Assembly (NCBI GenBank): GCA_026016245.1
Contig: CP061211.1
Location: 510,001 to 542,000 of the forward strand
Reading direction: 5' to 3'
DNA length: 32,000 nucleotides
Source: Candidatus Pacearchaeota archaeon
GTDB lineage: Archaea; Nanobdellota; Nanobdellia; Pacearchaeales; UBA284
This document shows positions 8,460 through 14,738 of this stretch, piece after piece. The notes under the pieces are model-generated. The model saw only the letters and a program-made list of their open reading frames with translations, was not told the origin of the DNA and ran no database searches. Both the position numbers and the translations under genes were made by a program. How positions within the stretch are numbered: the first letter of the stretch is position 1; each line of letters opens with the position of its first letter.

Positions 8460-8932
8460 TTTGAATATCTTTTTTCAATTGCTTTAATTTTATTTATTCT
8501 TCTAATATGTCTTTTTTCTTTAGATAAAAAAAGCGTTTCTAACCACGCCACAACTAATTGTTTGGCAAGTTGTAAGGAGATATCCCCAAGACATAAGACA
8601 TTTGAATTTAAATGTTCTGATGCATGAACTGCAGTTTCTTTATTCCAACAAAGTGCTGCCCTGATTCCAGGAAATTTATTTGCTGCTATAGACATGCCCT
8701 GGCCAGTTCCGCAGATTAAAATTCCCTTACTTTCAGTCTTTGCTTTTAAAACTGCTCTGCAAACTTTTAGAGCATAATCAGGATAATCATCTGTTTTGTT
8801 ATATTTATAGGATCCAATATCCTCAGCCAAATAACCTTGGCTGGCTAGAAATTTTTTAATTTCTTGTTTCAGGGCAAAACCGGTGTGATCGCTTCCAATA
8901 AAAATCTTGGTTTTCTCACTTCTTTTTTTCAT
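8456..8932 (-). CDS. rpiB: Ribose-5-phosphate isomerase B (RpiB/LacAB family)
   Basis: The motifs IFIGSDHTGFALK and GILICGTGQGMSIAANKFPGIRAA (catalytic Cys motif) are present. The gene is 158 aa. Confidence 0.9.
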   Translation of the reverse strand: MKKRSEKTKIFIGSDHTGFALKQEIKKFLASQGYLAEDIGSYKYNKTDDYPDYALKVCRAVLKAKTESKGILICGTGQGMSIAANKFPGIRAALCWNKETAVHASEHLNSNVLCLGDISLQLAKQLVVAWLETLFLSKEKRHIRRINKIKAIEKRYSK

Positions 8933-8939
8933 TTTAATT

Positions 8940-9809
8940 TTATTTTAATTTCTTAATAGCAGCTGCAACAGCGTCTGAAAGGTCTATTTTTGACGCTGCT
9001 GAAGGAATGCTGTTTGTACTGACAACAATTCCAATTTTTTTTAATTTATTTAAAGCATTTTTAGCAAAAATTCCATGGATTCCAATAAAACAAACCTGCT
9101 TTGCAAGTTTTTTCGCTTCTTTTGCTGCCTCCAGCATTGTGCCGCCTGTTGAAATGATATCATCAATTATTATTGCTGTTTTTACTTTTTTCTTCTCTGC
9201 CTTAATGTTTGAAATTTTAACTTTTTCTGGAGTTAATCTTTTCTTTTTTAGAATTATAGATTTTGTTTTTAGAATATCTGCAATTGGCTCGACCCATTGC
9301 GCACTTTCCTGGTCAGGACCAATCAAAACGAAATCCTTAAAATTCTTTTTAATATAAGCAGATATTTCTTTAGTTGTACTTATTTTTTCTGTATTTGGAA
9401 AAAAAGCCCTTAATCTCTTAAATCTGTGAAGATGTGGCTCAACAATGAAAACCTTATCAAAAATTTTATGAAACTTGGCAATGATCTTTGCACTGATACT
9501 TTCATGCTTTTCAAATCTTTTATCTTCTCTTAAATAAGGGAAATATAAAGCCATAAGAATTAATTTTTTTGATTTTAATTCTTTGGCAGTATGGGCTACC
9601 AATAACATTTCTGTTAATTTGTCGTTTACAGCTGGAAAATAAGATTGTATAAAAATTATTGTTTTTCCCTTGACAGAACTTTTGAATCTGACCTTTAATT
9701 CACCATCTGGAAATTTTTCAACTATTAAATCTGAATAACTTAGCTTGGATTTTTTTGCGACTGCTTTTGCCAGGTTCTTAGCACCTGAACAGCCAATAAT
9801 CACCCCCAT
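8940..9809 (-). CDS. prs: Ribose-phosphate pyrophosphokinase (PRPP synthetase)
   Basis: The PRPP-binding loop AIIIDDIISTGGTM is present. The gene is 289 aa, with the archaeal Prs length and layout. Confidence 0.85.
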   Translation of the reverse strand: MGVIIGCSGAKNLAKAVAKKSKLSYSDLIVEKFPDGELKVRFKSSVKGKTIIFIQSYFPAVNDKLTEMLLVAHTAKELKSKKLILMALYFPYLREDKRFEKHESISAKIIAKFHKIFDKVFIVEPHLHRFKRLRAFFPNTEKISTTKEISAYIKKNFKDFVLIGPDQESAQWVEPIADILKTKSIILKKKRLTPEKVKISNIKAEKKKVKTAIIIDDIISTGGTMLEAAKEAKKLAKQVCFIGIHGIFAKNALNKLKKIGIVVSTNSIPSAASKIDLSDAVAAAIKKLK

Positions 9810-9821
9810 TTTTTTATTTTA

Positions 9822-11045
9822 TTATTTTGCTTTTTTCTCTTTTTCAAAAACCTGATTTAAGAGGTTTATCCAATTTAATAAATGTGTTGTAATTAAAAAT
9901 TTATTTTTTACAGTTTCCCTGCCTTGTTTTCCCAGTGTTGCCCTTAATTTTGAATCTTTTAACAGTTTGACTATTCTGGCTGCAAAGCCGTCAAAATCAT
10001 AGGGGCTCAATAAGTAGCCATTCTTTCCGTTAATAATTTGTTCTGTAATGCCACCAACGTTTGATGCCACAACTGGTGTGCCTTTCCAAAGGGCTTCACT
10101 TACAGTTAAACCAAAACCTTCCATAATGGATTTTTGAATAATAACTGAGGCTTTTCTTTGTAATGCATTAACAAGTATATCATTAACAACATTCAAAATA
10201 ATAATGTCTTCCTGGCCACTTACTTTTTTTATTATCTTTTCATAAATTTGCTGACCCATCGGATCATCAAGGGCCATGCACCCTATCAACACAAGTCTAC
10301 AGTCTACTTTTTCCCTGACTTTTTTGAAAATCTTAATCATGCCAAAATGGTCCTTCCATTTGTCAAACCTGCTCACTTGGCAGACAAGGGGTTTATCTGT
10401 CGGAACTCCAAATTTATTAAGATAATGATTGACTGTTCTCTCAGTCAATTCTTTATTTTTTATATCTAAGGGATCAATAGAGGGCTGCATAATTACTTGT
10501 TTTGGTTTTAGGCCTGGCTGTAAAAATTTTTTTGATAAGAATACTGAATAATCATAATGATTGATGAAATTCTTTTTAAGATAATTAAAGACTTCTTTAT
10601 TTGGGTGGCTTGCATCAGAATGACATCGCCAGATCCATGGCTGCCTTTTTTTATAAAATTTGACCAGGGGAAGTGGCTGTATATCATGGATAATAACTGC
10701 ATCATGATGTATGTGTGTGAAAGAACTAAATCTCTCGCAGTTTTCAAGATAAATTTTTTGCTTTTGCTTTGTAAAATGTATTTTTTCACCCTGTATGGCA
10801 TTATAAAATTTTTTTGTTGTTATAAAAAAATCTGGCGGGCCATGCAAAATGCGCCAGCCAACATCTATTCCCAAATTATTCATTAAAGGAATTAAAGAAT
10901 TAAGAATTACAGCAACACCACCCCCCTGATAAGTTGAGTTAATATTCAGAATATGTTTATCACCAAGCTTTTCAGCCCTTTCATGAATCTGACCAAGCTT
11001 TTCAGCTCCAACAAATTTCTTATATTTCTTTAGATTTTCCACCAT
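9822..11045 (-). CDS. treT: GT4 glycosyltransferase, TreT-like trehalose glycosyltransferring synthase
   Basis: The motifs INSTYQGGGVAVILNSL, QPWIWRCHSDASHPN, VSRFDKWKD and EGFGLTVSEALWKG match my recollection of Thermococcales TreT almost motif for motif. The gene is 407 aa. Confidence 0.75.
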   Translation of the reverse strand: MVENLKKYKKFVGAEKLGQIHERAEKLGDKHILNINSTYQGGGVAVILNSLIPLMNNLGIDVGWRILHGPPDFFITTKKFYNAIQGEKIHFTKQKQKIYLENCERFSSFTHIHHDAVIIHDIQPLPLVKFYKKRQPWIWRCHSDASHPNKEVFNYLKKNFINHYDYSVFLSKKFLQPGLKPKQVIMQPSIDPLDIKNKELTERTVNHYLNKFGVPTDKPLVCQVSRFDKWKDHFGMIKIFKKVREKVDCRLVLIGCMALDDPMGQQIYEKIIKKVSGQEDIIILNVVNDILVNALQRKASVIIQKSIMEGFGLTVSEALWKGTPVVASNVGGITEQIINGKNGYLLSPYDFDGFAARIVKLLKDSKLRATLGKQGRETVKNKFLITTHLLNWINLLNQVFEKEKKAK

Positions 11046-11111
11046 TGGACCCCTTTTTATTTATTCAGCTAACAAATTATTTAAAACTTTCTAGCCCCTG
11101 TTTATTAGAAA

Positions 11112-11138
11112 ATGGAGATCTTACCTGGAATTGAAATT
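11112..11138 (+). pseudogene. Stranded 5' fragment A of a metallophosphoesterase gene (9 codons, MEILPGIEI)
   Basis: The sequence atggagatcttacctggaattgaaatt encodes the same 9 residues as the intact gene start at 12341. There are 4 differences and all are synonymous. Homology ends where the 3' end of the minus-strand gene 11137..11520 begins. Confidence 0.45.
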
Positions 11139-11520
11139 ATTCCTTTCTTGATTTTGCTCCTTCAGAAAGAATTTTCCAAAATTCATTAGTTACAACAATA
11201 TCAAAATCATTGGAGTTATTATAAGAAAGATAATAATATAATTTAGGGTTATAGTAATGTCCCTCTTTACCATAAAGTGACAAATCAAGACCTACAAATT
11301 TACTATAGCAATTATGGGTCCTCCATCCACACGTAGGACAGATACCCTGTACAGCATAATTCTTGGTTTCACTAGTACCTACCCCATCACCACATAATTT
11401 ATGGGTACAATCAAGAATACGCAATTCTATTATTTTTTTATTAATTTGTTTTTTACATTTTACACATATTCCAGATACTAAAGAGGATAGTGTTCTTAGA
11501 GCTTCTTCGTGACCACCCAT
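11137..11520 (-). CDS. Cys-rich hypothetical protein (putative zinc ribbon)
   Basis: 127 aa, with the Cys motifs CVKC ... CTHKLC ... CPTC ... HNC and a Tyr/Asn-rich C-terminal half. I recognise no family. Confidence 0.45.
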   Translation of the reverse strand: MGGHEEALRTLSSLVSGICVKCKKQINKKIIELRILDCTHKLCGDGVGTSETKNYAVQGICPTCGWRTHNCYSKFVGLDLSLYGKEGHYYNPKLYYYLSYNNSNDFDIVVTNEFWKILSEGAKSRKE

Positions 11521-11563
11521 ATTAGAATAAAACCTTTAAACCTGATATTATTTATTGTGATTA

Positions 11564-11707
11564 ATGGAACTTTTACCTGGAATAAAGATCATAAATAAAG
11601 CCCTGTGGCTTTCAAAGCATAAAATTCTGATCATTGCAGATCTTCATCTTGGTTATGAAGAAGCCCTGAACCAGCAGGGAATTAAATGTTTTACTCAAGA
11701 AAATTAA
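11564..11707 (+). pseudogene. Stranded 5' fragment B of a diverged metallophosphoesterase gene (about 40 homologous codons, then a premature stop)
   Basis: MELLPGIKIINKALWLSKHKILIIADLHLGYEEALNQQGI aligns with MEILPGIEIKGKSLWLPKRKILIIADLHIGYEEALVGEGF of the intact gene at 12341. The frame then runs into the Lhr-derived repeat out of frame and stops at the TAA at 11705-11707. Confidence 0.6.
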
Positions 11708-11806
11708 TGTAGAAACAATTTATGTTGATCTTCCTAGTCCTTTTTCATTTAACTTGATAACACAAGGACATTTTGATTTGATGAAGATTGAGAACAAAAT
11801 TGAATT
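11696..11806 (+). repeat. Direct repeat copy 2 (111 nt)
   Basis: Identical to 5691-5801, with an offset of 6005 nt in the same orientation. Confidence 0.9.
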
Positions 11807-11852
11807 CCTGAAAAGAATGCATGAAAAAGTTCTGAGGAAAATTAAAAAATAG
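11697..11852 (+). pseudogene. Stranded 3' fragment of an Lhr helicase gene (last 51 codons plus stop)
   Basis: It encodes KKINVETIYVDLPSPFSFNLITQGHFDLMKIENKIEFLKRMHEKVLRKIKK*, compared with the intact Lhr C-terminus ...KIEFLKRMHKAVLERIK*. The first 111 nt of homology (from 11696) are identical to 5691-5801. No upstream helicase body is present. Confidence 0.85.
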
Positions 11853-12282
11853 GTTGATAGGTTGGTTTTTTGAAGATTTGTCTATGTTTGTTTATATAAA
11901 GTCTAGCATATTCCCCTATTCTTTTTTTGAATTTATGATTAAAAATAGGTAATAAATCAAACAAGGATTTGTAGTCTTCTATATCATAACATATTGTCTT
12001 TTCATTTGGTATTTTAAATTCTCTTCTTAGTTTGTAATATATTTCTGGGGCAGCTATAATAATCTGATTACTTTCATTAATCATCTTTTGTGTTAAGCGC
12101 GTCATAAACATATATGCTAAAAATTTTGGTGGGTTAAAATAAGGGCTCTTTTCTTTATTTCTGTAACCTGCTTTAACAACTCTTGCCTTTATTTTTTGTT
12201 TTTTAAAACCTATAGAGATTTCTCTTGCGAGATTTCCACTTCTCCAGTGTCCAGCTTCGCAAATAATAAGTAAGGTTTTCAT
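11842..12282 (-). CDS. Low-molecular-weight phosphatase-like protein (CX5R(S/T) P-loop)
   Basis: The N-terminal MKTLLIICEAGHWRSGNLA contains C-x5-R-S at the position where LMW-PTP/ArsC-type enzymes carry their P-loop. The rest of the protein is not recognisably conserved by eye. Confidence 0.4.
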   Translation of the reverse strand: MKTLLIICEAGHWRSGNLAREISIGFKKQKIKARVVKAGYRNKEKSPYFNPPKFLAYMFMTRLTQKMINESNQIIIAAPEIYYKLRREFKIPNEKTICYDIEDYKSLFDLLPIFNHKFKKRIGEYARLYINKHRQIFKKPTYQPIF

Positions 12283-12340
12283 AATAAATTAGGAAATGGA
12301 ATATATTTAAATTTAATTGGATTATAAAATAGGAAATAAA

Positions 12341-13048
12341 ATGGAAATTTTGCCTGGAATTGAAATCAAAGGCAAGTCTTTATGGTTGCCAAAAAGAAAA
12401 ATTTTGATTATAGCAGATTTACATATAGGCTATGAAGAAGCTTTGGTTGGGGAAGGTTTTCTTGCACCAAGAACAATGTTTAAAGAGATGAAGAAAGAAC
12501 TACAAGAATTATTAAAATTAAAGCCAAAAATTATTATTATTGATGGCGATTTAAAACATGAGTTTGGTTTGATATCAAGACAAGAATGGCATGAAACATC
12601 AGCTATTTTAGATCTATTGTTGAAAAAATGTAAGGTCATTCTAATTAAAGGAAATCATGATACAATTTTAGAACCAATTGCAAAGAAAAAAGAGCTTTCT
12701 GTTAAAAATTTTTATTGTTTTAATGATGTTTGTGTTTTACATGGGCATAAAATTTTGCTTGATGAAAAGGTTCATGATTCTAAAACTTTGATTATTGCTC
12801 ATGAACATCCTGCTGTAAGTATTAAGGAAGATGTAAAACAAGAAATTTACAAATGTTTCTTGCTTGGGAAGTGGAAAAATAAAAAGTTGGTAGTTATGCC
12901 TTCTTTTTTTACAATTTTTGAAGGAAGTGATGTTAAAAAGGAAAAACTTTTGAGTCCTTTTTTGAATGAGAGAAAAATTAAAAATTTTAAGGTTTTTGTT
13001 TTAGGAGATAAAGTTTATAGATTTGGAAAATTGAAAAATATAAAATAA
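12341..13048 (+). CDS. Metallophosphoesterase (calcineurin-like, of the MPE type often linked to Lhr)
   Basis: The phosphoesterase motifs IIADLHIGYEE, IIDGDLKHEF, KGNHD, LHGH and AHEHP are present. The ATG at 12341 is preceded by aggaaataaa. The track start at 12317 is a TTG. Confidence 0.75.
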   Translation: MEILPGIEIKGKSLWLPKRKILIIADLHIGYEEALVGEGFLAPRTMFKEMKKELQELLKLKPKIIIIDGDLKHEFGLISRQEWHETSAILDLLLKKCKVILIKGNHDTILEPIAKKKELSVKNFYCFNDVCVLHGHKILLDEKVHDSKTLIIAHEHPAVSIKEDVKQEIYKCFLLGKWKNKKLVVMPSFFTIFEGSDVKKEKLLSPFLNERKIKNFKVFVLGDKVYRFGKLKNIK

Positions 13049-13072
13049 ATAAAATAAAATAAAAAAGAAAAA

Positions 13073-13792
13073 TTATTTTATCCCAATAACAGCAATATTA
13101 TCATAATAAATGCTTCCATCAGGATCTGTTGCTAAACCTATTGCCCCACTTGTTAATTTAGTAACAGGTTCGAATTCAAAAGCTGTTTGGTCATCAATAT
13201 CTAATTTTCCTTCTTTGACATTGAGTTTTAAAGAGTGCCATTCATCATTATCTATTATTTTATTGTAATCTACCCTCTTTTTTATCTGTGTTCTAGAGCC
13301 ATCACTAACTCTGTAAAGTGTATATTCGACACCTGTTGGTTCTATCTCTGAAGAAATAATATAATAATCTTTGTTATCTCCTGAAACATAGAATGCTATT
13401 TCTGGTCCTATTCCTTTACCTGCTGTATTTATTCTGAAATCCAAGCTTATTGTATAATCTTTCCAAGACTGGCTTCCTGTTGTTAGAATCCTTCCTTTTA
13501 TATTAACCACATTTCCATACTTGCCGCTATCTTGAGCTGTTCCTTCTATAGATGCTTGAAGTTTATCTTCCATAACTGAAGTCCATTTATCTGGTGATGA
13601 ACCTTTGTTGTCATCTGAAAAATCATCTGAAAAAAGCATCTCTATTTGTGGTTGTTGTTGCTGTCCATTGCTTGGGGGTGTTTGTCCGTTTGTTTGGGTT
13701 TCTTCTTCACATCCCGCACCTATCACAAACATGGCTGTTATGAGAATTGTTGCTATCAGTAAAACACTAAAGATTCGTTTTCCCTTAACCAT
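13073..13792 (-). CDS. Probable lipoprotein with a ConA-like/LamG (DUF1080-like) domain
   Basis: A signal peptide with lipobox-like VIGAGC is followed by a Gln/Pro-rich linker. The pattern WKDYTISLDFRI ... WHSLKLNVKEGKL ... GAIGLATDPDGSIYYDNIAV is typical of ConA-like beta-sandwich domains. Confidence 0.5.
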   Translation of the reverse strand: MVKGKRIFSVLLIATILITAMFVIGAGCEEETQTNGQTPPSNGQQQQPQIEMLFSDDFSDDNKGSSPDKWTSVMEDKLQASIEGTAQDSGKYGNVVNIKGRILTTGSQSWKDYTISLDFRINTAGKGIGPEIAFYVSGDNKDYYIISSEIEPTGVEYTLYRVSDGSRTQIKKRVDYNKIIDNDEWHSLKLNVKEGKLDIDDQTAFEFEPVTKLTSGAIGLATDPDGSIYYDNIAVIGIK

Positions 13793-13842
13793 AAAATCTT
13801 TGAGGAGAAGAAATTTAAATAACTTTCCTTTCTGTTTGTTGT

Positions 13843-13925
13843 GCTAGGATACCAGAAAGGTAATGGGCCCGGCTCGAACCCGGGTTGGCTTTTAGCCTAT
13901 GGAGGTTCGAATCCTCCTCCTAGCG
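13843..13925 (+). tRNA. tRNA-Ser (anticodon CGA), class II with a long variable arm and no encoded CCA
   Basis: Hand-folded cloverleaf. The acceptor stem is GCTAGGA/TCCTAGC. The D stem is CCA(G)/(A)TGG with GG in the loop. The anticodon stem is CCCGG/CCGGG with loop CTCGAAC. The variable arm is GGCT-TTT-AGCC. The T arm is GGAGG-TTCGAAT-CCTCC and the discriminator is G. Confidence 0.85.
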
Positions 13926-14219
13926 TTTCTTAAAAAGAGTTGAAATAGTACAAGCTAAGATATAAGGAATTAGAATGATCAAAACAAAATATAAAATATA
14001 AGCTATTGGAGAGTAAACTACCTCTACTCCAGCTAATGCTGATCCAAATATAGAAATTGGCGGCAAACATAAATCACTTACAAATTCTGGAGGATTTGGT
14101 ATTACTGGTCTTACATTGCATGGGAATATCTTAAGATTCATGGTAAGAAGAAAAGTTATAATGATTAACCCTATAAAAATTATAATCTTTAATGTGTTTG
14201 GTTTAAAAAATTTCCACAT
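13920..14219 (-). CDS. Small integral membrane protein (2-3 TM segments)
   Basis: The ATG at 14219 gives MWKFFKPNTLKIIIFIGLIIITFLL... It lies 2 nt after the stop of the upstream gene at 14222. The longer track ORF (to 14396) overlaps that gene and is rejected. Confidence 0.45.
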   Translation of the reverse strand: MWKFFKPNTLKIIIFIGLIIITFLLTMNLKIFPCNVRPVIPNPPEFVSDLCLPPISIFGSALAGVEVVYSPIAYILYFVLIILIPYILACTISTLFKKR

Positions 14220-14221
14220 CT

Positions 14222-14671
14222 TTACTTTTTCTTTGGTTTTTCTTCTTTTTTTCCTTTTTCCTGGAATCTTGGTAAGGGAATATGTGGTGGTAGGCCTAGA
14301 TCTTCTTCTAAAACCAAAGCTTTTATGTTGCATTTTGCTAGGATTGTATTTAGAATTCTTATCCTGACATCTGCAGGAATTTCTTTTTTCTTCCAAGCAT
14401 CTAGAATTTGGGTTGTGTCTTTTGGATCTGTAAGATAAAGGACATTTCCTTCAAATATGATATCTGCCACACCCCCAATATGATCTGCAACCCCTTTATA
14501 GAATATTGCAAAGTCAAAATCAAAAGAGAGAACGTCTTTTCCTTTTGTGATTTTTACTGGTTGTTTTTTAACGTCTGTAATATTCATTTTAGTATTTACT
14601 TTAACTTCTCCCCTAACTAACTTCTTTCTCTCTACTAAAATCTTTTTTATATTAAAACCAATTATTGCCAT
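14222..14671 (-). CDS. Conserved-looking hypothetical protein, possibly with a SecB-like fold, and a Lys/Glu-rich tail
   Basis: 149 aa. The strand/helix pattern FNIKKILVERK ... VKVNTKMNITDV ... LSFDFDFAIFY ... ADIIFEGNVLYL ... ILNTILAKCNIKALVLEEDLGLPPHIPLPRF resembles the SecB family layout. This is a by-eye judgement only. Confidence 0.35.
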   Translation of the reverse strand: MAIIGFNIKKILVERKKLVRGEVKVNTKMNITDVKKQPVKITKGKDVLSFDFDFAIFYKGVADHIGGVADIIFEGNVLYLTDPKDTTQILDAWKKKEIPADVRIRILNTILAKCNIKALVLEEDLGLPPHIPLPRFQEKGKKEEKPKKK

Positions 14672-14738
14672 CTTTAAAATTGGAAATTTGTACTTTTAAA
14701 TTTTTGCTTGAAAAAGAAAGGAAAAGCATGCCTTAGCT

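Noticed and set aside
5802-11695. Classical integrative element (integrase, transposase, tRNA-targeted att site) as the explanation for the repeat-bounded block
   Set aside because: No integrase, transposase, Rep or conjugation-like translation is present in the block or elsewhere in the window. The repeat lies in a protein-coding 3' end, not at the tRNA-Ser gene. Homologous single-crossover integration is the better fit.
13920-14396. Long 158-aa version of the minus-strand ORF (MEEKRNSCRCQDK...)
   Set aside because: Its first 59 codons overlap the upstream 149-aa gene in another frame and are Arg/Lys-rich junk. The internal ATG at 14219, 2 nt after that gene's stop, gives a clean membrane protein.
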